A stretch of DNA of 48,838 bases from Spongospora subterranea f. sp. subterranea (taxonomy: Eukaryota). The DNA lies in assembly GCA_049724395.1 (NCBI GenBank), contig JAUGWO010000127.1, positions 62,001 through 110,838 on the forward strand, read 5' to 3'. Numbering within the stretch: the stretch's first letter is position 1; each line of letters starts with the position of its first letter. The position numbers were made by a program, and so were the translations under genes. This document shows positions 22,273-37,199 of the stretch, piece by piece. The notes under the pieces are model-generated. The model saw only the letters and a list, made by a program, of their open reading frames with translations. It made no database searches and had not been told where the DNA came from.

Positions 22273-25200
22273 GATTTATTGTGACCGACCTGGAAGATGT
22301 GTCGAACATGGCTGCGCCTGTCACCGCTCACGGACTGTCACTTCTCACGACTCACGATTCACGACACTGCTAAACCCGGATATTACTCCAGGTTGCGACA
22401 AACGCTATATCACGACGTTCTTGTCGCTCATAGGAACTATTCGAATCGCTATCTTTGTCTCAAAAATTCATGCCTTATCTGAAATCCACTTCTATATTTA
22501 CGTTTGCCTCGTTTGGCTTCCGCGTCATCGAGATGGCGATTTGGAGAGCTCGTATGATCAACATGAACAGAATTTTATAGGCTCTTATCGCAAACCTGTT
22601 ACTCTGGCATGAAGTCACCTTGTCGTATGTCGCGTCTGCAGAAGCCGAACTGGGTAGATGATCTCTGGAGGATAACCCAACTAGGGTCCAGGAGAATCTC
22701 AGAATGGATGCGAATATCTTCATTGCCGCAATGCAATGTTGACCAATTTTCCGTTGCCTTCCTCAACAAAATATATACGAAAGTTGAAGAGCAGCTGGCA
22801 GTTTCCAACTTTTATCAAAGCAAGCGCTCCAAAGTGACATGTACAATATAGAGCGGACACTTAACCGGTGACCATCATCAGGTGTATATCGCTTGCAACC
22901 GTCTATTCTTCCAAAACTTGGTTATTGGCGTTCTTAAAACAACCAATGTATCATGTTTGTTGTTAAAGAATATATCATTATTCCTACTGACAACGTCTCC
23001 GTCTGATCCACAGTCGGCTGCAAACCATACCGTGTTTGCTGTGTGGTTCCTTGACTTAGGTTGATGTTAAAAATGGATTTGCTTGGTCTGATTTCGATCG
23101 AGGCTCAAAAGCATATCAGCAGGCTAGGAAAGGTCGGCTCCCGACAGCACAATGCCCGTATTAAAGGGTTTAACACAACTGCTGGGTACGTTCGATCTTG
23201 CCGGCGCAGGGTACGCTCTTACGCCAGCGGCGGTGTTAACGCCGTATCGATGTGTTGAATTTCACTCGAGAGAATGGGAACAACAGGTTCTTGATCCCCA
23301 ATGCTACAACTCTTACCCGACATGACCGCAGAACCCACATGAACTGTACTATGATTAGACCGGATTTTCGGCATTTCAATGAAAACGATTTCCCATTGAT
23401 TGCCAAGCGCCTAAAGTATCGCTGAAAATGCAGACAAACTAAGTTATAGCGTGCTGTATCTGACACAGCTACAAATATCAGGTTTTTAGGCGGAACTGGG
23501 GATGTGATTGAAAACAGAGGCAATGTGCTTACTCTCACAACCTATGCAAAAAGGGAGATGGTTCTTGAAGCGAGCGACAGCAGTGCAACCCTCGATTCCT
23601 CCTGGTTGACATTGCAAACGACTTCAATACCAAAGTACAATAAACGCCCGACATTGGCGCTAACTTTCTTATGTTCTTTGAATATTTGGTTTTCAAGCCA
23701 TTGGTTGTCTGGGCACAATGCGGTGAAGAGTTCAGCTTTTAAATTACTGAGCATGACGTTGAATGCTGTCAACATGTCGTCGTCGTTCAAATGGCCATAA
23801 CAGTCTTGTATGATGCCAACAGCAATGTGCTCATGCGTCGATCTATGCTTGCTAGACACATCGTTGATCGTATCTGCCAGTGTTGAGGCAGGTGTGACAT
23901 GAACGCGCTGATTTGGTTGAACTGCAGAGCAGCGGACACCTGGGCTGGGCGTTTCCTTCAACAGAGCCTTTCTTTATTATGTCGGTTGTCGAACACCGGT
24001 GGGATTTTGAGCGACCAGAAACCACTTTGTACGAAAGGCCTTACCAGCCACTACATAGTTTCATCGAACATCACGGTCCTGAGGGGCTCAACTAAAGGTG
24101 CGGATGAGTCATCGGGTGAATTAACTCGCTGCGCGGCGTGGCATTTCGTCATTCGAGACTTGTCCAATAATCACAGTCCATATATATAGAAGGACATTTC
24201 CAGCGAGTTAAAGTTGTTCACTAGAACTGTAGGAAAAATTAGCAAGATGGAGGCTAACGAGGAGCAACTTGACAGTAATAGCAGCTAGCCAGCCTTGGCT
24301 TGGAATCGCCACTCAGAATACCAGCGGGTCAGCACTGCCGAACCAAGTTCAGTACCATGGCGACAGAGTGGTAGATCTTTGCAAGGAGCTCCACGAGTGT
24401 GGCGAAATCGTTGAAGGTCTTGTCGTTGCCCGGCTCAGGTTCAAATGCATATTGAAATGGTTTATCATGGTGATGATCCCAGGCAATGACACAGCGATTT
24501 TGCAGCTCACGCTATAAAAATTCATGGCATCGTTTTGATCGAAAATGGTCGCCAAAAATCAGATCATTTTGCAACGGTTGGCCACCAACCGTACTGTCAG
24601 GCGCCAGGCCGCACCGATTATCGAATACACCCAGTTGTATTTAACATTATCACTGAAAGTATGCCAGCCCAATCACCAAACAAGTGGCCGAATTTTTCTA
24701 TCTCTTTGCAAAGAATCCGCGATTCACAATACCAGGAAATTTCGCGAGGGCTGCTAAAGATCGGCTGTTTCGTGCCTTGATTCATCATCGTTTCGTGGCA
24801 GCAGTTCGCAATCGATGTCAGTTTTTTCAAATCCAACATCGGTCGGGTGATCAAGATCAGGCAACCGCCCGAAATGTGTTCGACCTTAACTGCATTGACA
24901 ACACATGCCATGCAGAGGTATCGATACAGCAAAAAAAAGCCGAACATCGGCTGTGTGAGATTCCACTGCATTGCCAAGATGTTTGTGGATGGGGGTTGGG
25001 CCTCAAGCGTGGCAATGCGGATGGTTGGTTCACCCTGAGACATCGCTGAACAACTTGATTTAGCTCAGTCGGTGAGACGACGGAACGTGGATATCAACTG
25101 AGATGATTTCTCGTTAATATTTATCAATTTAAAAAAATTCTCAGGAGCAAGCCAGTTCCACTTCACAGATGAGCGGATTGCGGTCTGTACACCTGGTTTT

Positions 25201-25665
25201 GGCTGAGCTTGAACTTTCCGCCAGAGTCTCACACGTATCGGCGATTTCGTGTATGTACCTTGGCGGGGAATTTGAAACTTAGGAATCTATACAAGTTATA
25301 CATGGCCCCTCTGCGGCGAACTGAAATCACTGGAACGTTGTACTCTTGACGCAGGTTTGATGTGTAATGAATATTTTAATATTCAGATGAGGCGAAACCC
25401 CTAAGTCTTGTCATGCATAATGATTGCAGCTGATTCCGATGACAGACTGCTCTTTATATATATAACCTTTCAATCGGTTCTAATACACATGGACGTCTTC
25501 TTGTTATCATCTGCAACTTCTCTTATTGCAGTAATTGCGATCAAGGTATATTTTGTCTAATCTTCGAGACACTATGAACAGTTTCCGTTGGAGCAGATTA
25601 CAATTAAACAATGGAGCGGACCATATTGTAGTTTTGCGCAGAACTCTGGGGAGCTGGTCAAGTGG

Positions 25666-26463
25666 TCATTGTCTTGCATCGGATTGAACGGAGGTATACC
25701 GTCGGCCGCGCTCCAGTTCCTCCATCTCGATCCGATCAGTTCCCATCACGAACTGCATCGCTAAATGCGTTGCCTCATCTGAAAACACACGTCGCATCGC
25801 GTCCCTACCGGACGACGCCAACCATGCTCGGTTCTGCAGCCCAAATACCAGTAGACTATCAAAATCGGAGAGATGATGTCCAACCCGACACCTTTCCCCA
25901 TTGTCCACTTCGATCCCACAACACGTATATGGCGCCTCTGATAAACGACGTCGATGCCCACCAATCCATGCGTGCCGGTTAAGCGCCGTTGCCAATTGTA
26001 ATCGATCAGAGGTCGAATCCACTCCCAGATGGAACCGGCATGCATTGGGCGCCGACTGGCTTCGAGTAAATACAGCGTCACAGGTCAATCGGACACATCG
26101 CTCCACTGACGGTAACGTGTGTAACGATTTTATGCGCCATAGGGGGAATAGGTCCTTAGATGCCAACGCTGATTCTAGCGTTGGAAGTGCGGCTTTCGGG
26201 TCACGGAGGGCGAATTCCAGAGCAGCAACCAAGATAGCGCCTTTATCATAATCAGGGAGATGATGATAAGAGAGGATCAACGTGATTATGTCTTCGGGAA
26301 GGCGAGTGATAAACGGGACTACCAGTAAATAGTCTATCGGCGATTTTGGTTCTGGCCAGTGGGCAACTAGTTCTCCTAATCGGTGAATTACGTTCGCCAA
26401 ACGCCTATCACGGCTCGCATTGTCAAAGGTTGCCCTGTGATTAAACTCTTGAATCTGGTCCAT
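25666..26463 (-). CDS. Hypothetical protein with an F-box-like motif; may continue in further exons
   Basis: 265-aa ATG ORF containing ITRLPEDIITLILSY. Confidence 0.45.
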   Translation of the reverse strand: MDQIQEFNHRATFDNASRDRRLANVIHRLGELVAHWPEPKSPIDYLLVVPFITRLPEDIITLILSYHHLPDYDKGAILVAALEFALRDPKAALPTLESALASKDLFPLWRIKSLHTLPSVERCVRLTCDAVFTRSQSAPNACRFHLGVDSTSDRLQLATALNRHAWIGGHRRRLSEAPYTCCGIEVDNGERCRVGHHLSDFDSLLVFGLQNRAWLASSGRDAMRRVFSDEATHLAMQFVMGTDRIEMEELERGRRYTSVQSDARQ

Positions 26464-26602
26464 TTATAGAATCAGAACGGATGAATGAGACACGTGCCTC
26501 TTATCCCATTATTCACGCATTCACAAAAATTGGTAAATCTGCTTACTATGTAACGATTTTAAAAGGCCTGATAATTCAACCGACTAGAAAACAAGTAGTT
26601 TA

Positions 26603-28393
26603 TTATGTCTGCTCGGGATCTGTGTCTAGCGAATCCATCATTGCCAAAAGATCCAAAGATCCACCATCATCATCAGTTGTCGTGTTATCTGTTCAATAAC
26701 CACATCATAAATAAGCAGATGCTCACACATGCCCATCGCATATACCTTCAACTTTCCAATCTGAAACCGTTGAATTCGCTTTCGCCTGAATTACAATGCT
26801 CTGGATGCCGTTGCTGAGTGACTTCGCCTTCGACTCCTCCTCGACACTGGAAACGTATCAAACGATTGAAAACACGATGCGACAACACCACAGAAATAAG
26901 AATCAAATAGGTTTTGACGGCGAGCTTTGGAATCACTTAACGTTTGGAATAGTAAAAATTCCCAGAATCCAGAAGAGCATTACGAGAGATCTAGATCCAA
27001 CTTGAAGGTCGAGTCAGACAAACTTCGAACTTGAAGGAAATCCGCCAGCGCATCTAGATGTGCCGATGGCTCACTGACTGAGACACCGTTTCTAGACAAT
27101 TCCTTAGACGATTCCACAATCTGATCGGTATGTTTTATGGATTGCGATGGGTTAGGTTGATCAGCCGAAGCTGGAACTGCTGCCGCGCTTGGATCGATCT
27201 CGTATCTAAAACGCTTTGTATCAATACACCCACAAGAGAAGAGCGCAATTTGTGGCAACCAACATGTTCTTGCCAAGGGGGAGAAGTGTGGGCTGTATTG
27301 AGGTGGCGATAAGGTTTGAAGCCCCGACCCTGACGTCATTCTTCATAGCCTGATCTTGGCGCCCAGGCATGATCACCTGATCCGTTTTCTGTAGCAGATC
27401 ATGTGCATAATATTTAACGGTGCCCAACTGGTCTGATGAGTCTGGCTGAGAATCACGCCTCTCACTAGATACGAGAATTGCACCCGAGGAATCCTGAATT
27501 GGTCAACAATCAGCGGTGCGAACTCGATGACAAGATCGAGTATGCCGATTAGGATATACCTGTAGGTTCCCTTGTAGCAATAAAGATACCTTAACTCGAC
27601 GATCTTGAAGTGCACCACATAACGTATATCGAAGAGAGGCCATCTCCCAGTCCCAAATGTTGTTGAACAGCTGATCACATGTTTTAGTTAAACGATCTCA
27701 ACAAGTCAAGCAAGACAAAAAGGGGTTGTAGTGGGGAAACTTTTGGTCGTGGAAAAACAACGAAACCTTAGAAACCAACTGTTGTGTTCGCTTGAGAAGA
27801 GATATGGCCAATGACGATTGTGAGCCGGATGGCAATAGATCGATCAGCGAATGCAGATGGTTTTGAGTGATGATCAAAACACCTTTGGGAGTTGTGGTCG
27901 ACAGAAGCTGATATTTGAACCCCATCGTCATCAAATCGTACAGCTAAGCACCAAGCATCGTTTGGGCACAGCCAATGTAAAGAGTTAGGCTTATGATGTC
28001 ATTGATGCACCTTATCCATACTGGGCTCATTGAGACGCATTATCGAGGAATGGGCTAATCGGCGAAAAATCGTGGGAAGAACGTCGACTTTGTAAACGTC
28101 ATGAGGTTTGAGCATTTCGTCGATAAATGTTGGGTTGAACATTGTGGCGATAACGTCTTCTAACACTGAAAATTTGGTCAGAGAATTCGCAAATCCCGAC
28201 ATTCGTGAACAAATACGGTGTCACCTCTTGCGCTTTTCTCACTGGGAATGGATTGAGCCTTTAACCGCTGATCAATGATATATACCATTTCGCCGCCCAT
28301 GTTGATGACCAGAATCAGCACTGACGACGAGATGAGTTTCATAATACTGGTGAGTCTAACGTCACCCTTTCCCTTACTGGCGTGTTTCGACAT
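26603..28393 (-). CDS. OSCP1: Organic solute carrier partner 1 homolog, spliced
   Basis: Exons read INMGGEMVYIIDQRLKAQSIP, IFRRLAHSSIMRLNEPSMDK, LYDLMTMGFKYQL and GTVKYY. The last exon ends DLLAMMDSLDTDPEQT* (TAA at 26603-26605). Confidence 0.9.
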
Positions 28394-29944
28394 CGATTCG
28401 CGGTCCCAGAACGCAGATTCACCGTTGGACGATCAGATATGAGGATTGCCAGATCCGATTGTGACGACCAGCTGCAAGGAGATCCTATCAAGGCACTGGC
28501 CATTTGAAAAAGTACGTTGTTTTGATAAAGCGGCCGAAAGAAATTCTGAATGCGCGAATTATCATCACATAGCAGGTGAGAAGAACAATGAAAGTGGGGA
28601 ATTTACAGTAGCTAGAAAAAGGAATCGGGTTGAAAGACTATGTTTCTTTGTGATTCTGATCGATTTCGGCACGTTTCTATTTAACAAAGTCGGTCAGATA
28701 ATGAAGACGGCAACTAGACCCCAACTGAGTTGGGAGGTGCAATTGATCCAGAAAGAGTTGGTGCTAGAAAACGCTTCCGATTTTTCAAAAGACGAATTGA
28801 AATCGCATTAGAATGAACCGATTGCGACTACATGATGAACATGTGAAATGATAGCGGCAATGATAAACGACTCCGATAACGCAATGGACTGTTCACTAGA
28901 TCATTGAAATCTTCTTGAAATTGAAGCACATATCCGAAAACCTATCAAACGAAAATATTGAGGAGACAGAACCGTGAAATCGTTCCGCGGACGTTCAGCA
29001 TTATCACAGATCCAATAGTTTAAATAAATCATGCATCGCCATAGAAGTGTTCACCTCATATTTGAATTGTGAGCAGATCAATTTGGAGTATGGAGGTTGA
29101 ATTTCACGACGACCTACAAAAATATGGGAGTCTCCCAAATAATGTGATCACGATTGGCAGCATTGACTGGGACAACAGAGTGCGACACGTTACTGAAACT
29201 TTGTAATGAGATTTGGTATCATAGATTTGCACGATATCACATGATCATGCAATCAAGACGCTGTGATGAAATGTGTTTTCGGTGTGAAGGTTCATGGCAA
29301 CAATCTGAAAACTGGCAACCTCGCTCCGGAATCGGCCGAAAACCTACCGTAGCTTCCAAGCTGAAGTCCCATACGATGTAAAGTATCTGAAATCAATGAT
29401 ATCCCAGTAAAAAAGAATGAAGATTATCGAAAAGTTAGCCTGACTCTGCTTTGAGAGCACGATAACGTGAAGTATATCATTAAAATGGACGTGGAAAACG
29501 AGGAAGTTGCTCAAACTAAATACAATCTGATGTCATGTGCGACAAATACGTATAGTTTATATACGGGAACAATGCAATTGAAAGACCATAAAGTCACAAC
29601 CAATAGCAAATCCAATAAATTGAGGGACGATAGTGGAAGAGCGGAGGCCAAAGACCATATGATCAAAGGCCGCGCTATTCCTCAAGTAGTCTCATTGCAG
29701 TGTCAGTGTGGCTCGGCGGAAGGTTGCATCAAGGCCCGATCTCGCTTCGGAGTGCGGAGAATCGTAAATAAAGGAAACTGCGCCGATTGTCGTGATAGGG
29801 ACGTTTTTATTGGCATTGTCAGGTTCATATAGGCGAGTTGTGATCTACATATCAGGTGAGGGATCATGGTCAACGCCTGACCCATTGCCACTGACCGCGT
29901 TGGCCCAACAGATTATCATCACTACATCATACCCAATCTAAAAC

Positions 29945-32417
<2,473 letters not shown>

Positions 32418-33511
32418 CCATATCAGCGTTTCCAGGAAACATCTTTACTTTCTGATTATCTTCATCCAGCCAATTTCAATACAATAGAATTCCAAAACCC
32501 CTTGTGTATTCGTTAAATATGATGTTGATGGCTTTGACGGTCTTCGTCGGAAAAAATGGTCTAAATGCCAGGCTGCTGGAATTTCGCACTGATGATATTA
32601 TCTACTGGATTTGCTTCACAGCACTATGGATACATCGTTCGAAGGTGTTTGCTGCATATAATAGCCCTTTAATCAATGTATCGAGTCAAAGGTTACTGTG
32701 AATCGCATTTGTTTGAACACTTCGCAGTTGAGGACCGGAAAGTACAGCAGTGAAGCCGGCAGTACTTCGACCACAAATGCAACGCCTTGTCTGAATACGG
32801 TGTGCTTAATAGATATTACAATTTTGCGTTCTAGGTTCAGGCTTTGATCATACTCAAGGACTTCAAAAGCCTTGTCAATCAAATACCATAGTGATCGGAG
32901 CGCCGTTCATCAACGTTTTTTGCACATTCCCTAATTGTTTTTTTGGAGAACATCAAGTCTACTCAAAGTTGGAAAACGAGCTTTGCGTGGTCCATGTGAA
33001 AGATGTTCATACTATTGGCATAAAACCCTTGGCTCTTAGGGTTTGTTTGGAGGGACTAGCACAGAGTCTTTTATGCATTTTACTCTCAGATGGCTCTCAT
33101 GACTGGCAGGTTTGACAATATTGGACAGGTGCCTATAACCTCTTGTTTTCACCGAACTAGCACAACGCACAACCCAAAATGCGTCAAGATCACCCTGTTT
33201 CAGTTCCCGATTCCGTCGAAAGCTAGAATTATTTCAATCTAATTTACTGAGTAACCACTAAACTGTGGCAGAAACAACTAGGACAACACACTTTTCTCAG
33301 TTTACCCGCGTTTACCAAAACGTTTGCATTTAATCGGCACCTAGAGTCGCCATTCACTCTTATAATTTAACGAAACTGGATTAGTTTGTCGCGACTACCT
33401 AAAAGATGATGAAATACCGGCAGTTCTGAATGGATCCGTGATAGTGTCACATTCAATATGAGCAACGACGTTAGACAGCAAAACATATAATTTTATTAGG
33501 ATTGCCTTCTC

Positions 33512-35057
33512 CTAGGGATCTACTGCAGAAACGCCGATTTGAACTTCCGTAGGACGAAGACAAACTATCAACGATTTAGCGAATACTCTTCTACGAAGCG
33601 TGTCCGCACTTGGTCGACCAGGATTCTTGGGTCTGAACATTTGTACGAGAAAGTTCAGTTTGATAGATCCGACAAAGCCGAGTACGGCGTAGACGAATGT
33701 CCATCCTGTTATGGTGAAAAATATTGGCGTCGCTATGATTATCAAGACGACACATTGTGCCAACAGGCATATACCAATCCCAAGAGCGCAATTCGATAAT
33801 CGATGGAGCAAGTTATTCATCCGTCCACGGTGGGGTGTATCCTGATCTTGAATTGTGCTGGAAAGCTGCTGGAACTCAATCCGAAATCGAATTGCACCAG
33901 AAAGAAAATCCACTCCAAGAATCATTCCAATGACTAGGAATAAAATTGAGTTGTATACGGCGGATGTTGGGTACTTATAGTTACGATAAGAAGCGTACAA
34001 TGAACTTATGATTATATCAACGATCGACACCAAACTGCAGAGCAAAATTGTTGATTTTCTGCTGTCGCCACGAAGGAATCTAGTCAGAAGAGAGTATTTT
34101 TTGGATTTATCGTGATCTGTGAGGACCGTATTCCAAAGAGAAGAGGATATGATGGAAATAACCAACTGCCCAGAGCCTCCTTGGGTGATAAAGAATAGGG
34201 CAACCGGAGCGGGAAGATTTGATGTTGAAAAGCATCCCCCTATCCCAATGACCAACCCAACTATTGCTGAGAAGCACATGGCTAGGAATAATGCCAAATG
34301 CTGAAAGCCCAGCTGCGACAATAGAAACTGCAGAAACCGACCCCCATTGCGATTCCCGGAAAGAACCGTATTCTTGTATCGGTTATAAAGGATGCTAAAA
34401 TGCCCATGAAGAAATACAGCGGCAATAAGGGAGGCTTGTGAATATAACAATGCAGGGAGCCATCTCACAAATAACTGAAATGTCCAAGAAGAAAACACAG
34501 CTTCCCAGACATTTAAATCGGGAAACAGGGAAATGGTAATGTTTCGATCCTTACGAACCGCATTGACCAGCTCCTTGGTCTGTTGAATAGTTAAGAAAGG
34601 AATATCTGATCTGTCAGGTAAACACCACGAACATGGGTCTTTTAAATGCATTGCTGGACTTGGAATAAAACTGGTTAAGCCTGAATAATATATCAGAACC
34701 GAGGAGAAACAAGATGAGGAGACCGAGACCTATAATGGCCACGGCGCCTTTCCTGATGAAATTATCATAAACATTTTCGGCAGAACATGCGCCTTGTTTC
34801 ATCAGCATCACCACTGACCCTCTAATGATGCCCTCGTCCATCTGGTCCTTTTCGCATGGATCAACTTCATACACATGAAGTGTTGCTGTTATTGCCTCAA
34901 TGTGATCCGCATATTGAGATCCAATGAATCTGGTGATTGAGGTACTGTAGAGACTAAGACCTGCCAAAGACCCATTGACAAAGGTGACACCTGCTCGACA
35001 GCAACAAAAAAATACACAGCATAATAAAATATATTCCGGAATACGGGTGCCCTTCAT
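33512..35057 (-). CDS. Signal peptide + PA-like ectodomain + about 7 TM helices (two exons)
   Basis: Hydrophobic leader; DPC...IRGSVVMLMKQGACS...GAVAII...IPFLTI is PA-domain-like. The 379-aa exon has multiple hydrophobic segments. Intron at ~34670-34730. Confidence 0.65.
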
Positions 35058-36226
35058 AGATTTGATTCTTGTTTGGTAGACGGTTCCCACAGATCACTGG
35101 TACGCTGGAATACAAATCACGTGCCAACACCATAAATCTTCTTTGACTGCTGTGTCTTGAAATTGTGTCCCTGCAAAAATGCTCAATTCTCGATAACGAT
35201 CAGGCGCACTATCCCCGACCTTGTATTGACTTCGCAAATGCTTCAAAGCATTTGTCCCATCTATAGCCATATACATCCAGAGAACATCTCAGGAAAACCA
35301 AGAACAGCAATTATCCGATGTTGTTGATCGCAGATATTCAGGACCGATCCTGTTGTCAAGCAAAAGTCACAATAAAATACTCATCACGTAAGAAACAAAT
35401 GTACAGCAACAAAACGATCAAAACTGAGAATAGCAATGCTTTCGCCGATTCAAACATATCCGGAGCAAGCATCAGCAGGAAGTCTCAATGCTGCAGTTGA
35501 CTTTCGCAGCGTTAAATAACAGTTCTGGCTTCTCAAGTGCGTCAACAGTTTGTCCGAGATACGGGTTGGCGTTTCGAATAACGATTACTATTTTCATCAA
35601 CAAAATCTTTTCTCTCTGAGCCGACGCCCAAATAAACGTTCGTCGTATACGGCTCTGACAAGCGAACAAAACCTTACTAAATGTTTTGTATAAAACCCCC
35701 TTGCGAGATCGCGCTTAAGATTCTCACAACAACCTGGTCGTGAGCCACCCCGTCAATTGGTTTGATTTGTAACTCCTTCATCGAATAATGCTCCACAAAC
35801 CCAATTCATCAACAAGCTCGCCCTCATCTTGCAATCTTTCCAGACAAAATTCTTGAATGTTGATGTGTATTGAAAACCAGTGATGTAGTTGGGGAGTATC
35901 TTCTCTATGGATAGGCGGGCTGGGCGGTGGAGATCAACCAGATGATTGCCCACTTCATGTCTGACCAATCCAGTCCCTCATTCCTTTGCATGATGAAATA
36001 TATAAATAACACTCTTATTGGTATTATTGTCAACACAGAAGGACACCTTTTTCTGATCCGAAAACCCTGATCCGTATCCTGGAACACAGGTACAGGTATT
36101 GGAAAACCAGGAATGGGATTGAAAAATCTGCCGTAGGAATATCAATGGTTGATCATTGAACCAGTGCTAAATTCGCAGGACAATTTTATAGATTATATCT
36201 TGTGTGCGGGTACTTGACGTAGCACA

Positions 36227-36414
36227 TAGACCGCTCAATACAAGCAACGACGTTAGACTGCTCAATACAAGCAACGACGTTAGACCGCTCAATACAAGCA
36301 ACGACGTTAGACCGCTCAATACAAGCAACGACGTTAGACCGCTCAATACAAGCAACGACGTTAGACTGCTCAATACAAGCAACGACGGTAGACCGTTCAA
36401 TACAAGCAACGACG
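36227..36414. repeat. 27-bp minisatellite, 7 copies
   Basis: TAGAC(C/T)GCTCAATACAAGCAACGACGT repeated head-to-tail with no spacers. Confidence 0.95.
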
Positions 36415-36546
36415 GGTGCCGCCATGGTAATTGATGCGGTAAACCCGTTCGAGACCTCACCGAAAGTGAACTTCAACGCAATTAACGGCCCCCGCGCTGC
36501 ATTGACCATTGAGGAGAAAAACGGGCGTCGCCGAGCCGGCCTTTGT

Positions 36547-36770
36547 TGTTATGAACTGGGGACTAAGGAAGGGTGATGATGAAGGACTAGACTGGTGAAC
36601 GGAGGATACGGGAGTGGCGACGACGAAACGGGTAAGGAACGAGGTATTCATAACGAATTAATAATTCGATCTGAGCTTTATCTCAGATCGAATCCTTCTA
36701 GGTCACCACCGTGGGCTGTGAGAAACCTATGGAGCAGCGAATCTGACTGGCTTAACGTGGGGTCCTGACA
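36547..36770. mobile_element. Probable solo LTR (224 bp)
   Basis: TGTTA...TGACA ends with flanks TTTGT/TCTGT (5-bp TSD, one mismatch). It shares the hairpin CGATCTGAG..CTCAGATCG with the LTR at 12240. Confidence 0.65.
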
Positions 36771-37199
36771 TCTGTCTCTATTGTGGCGAGCCTGGCCACA
36801 CTATCTCAGCACACAACCTTCCCCAACGACCATTTGTGAAGCCATCATCAATACACATTCTGAAGCTTACATTTACTCGACCCCTAGCCACCCTTCGTAA
36901 AGGGTGACGCGCGGCAAGTTCATTCCATCCCGCATCTGCAGTTGGACATGTGAGGCCTAGGCTGCACAGAACGTGGACAAATCGAGGTGCTTGCACAGCT
37001 TCATGGACCATTAAGAGGTCATCCTGGTCGTCGGAAAACGCTCAAAGCTTTTCAACGACACTTTTGGTGGATGATTAGGTGGTTTGAGTGAGTCGGGTCA
37101 TGGGATCAACCTCACACTATCACAATGTCGGTCAGACTGCAGGATATTCAGCGAAGGTAATATTGTCTATAACGCCTTTGAGGAATTCTACCAGAACTG

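Noticed and set aside
16537..22866. One large transposon capturing TTI1 between two related TIRs
   Set aside because: The two TIR-like sequences face away from the enclosed segment, so they cannot be the ends of a single element.
22840..25200. Possible degenerate transposon (Harbinger/MULE-like) region
   Set aside because: Only broken frames, with no catalytic motif or paired termini I could support.
28400..29940. Short ORFs between divergent OSCP1 and DDX3
   Set aside because: No motifs or coherent splice structure; treated as intergenic or decayed sequence.
36227..36414. Possible CRISPR array (27-bp repeats)
   Set aside because: The units are contiguous with no unique spacers, there are no cas genes, and the context is eukaryotic.
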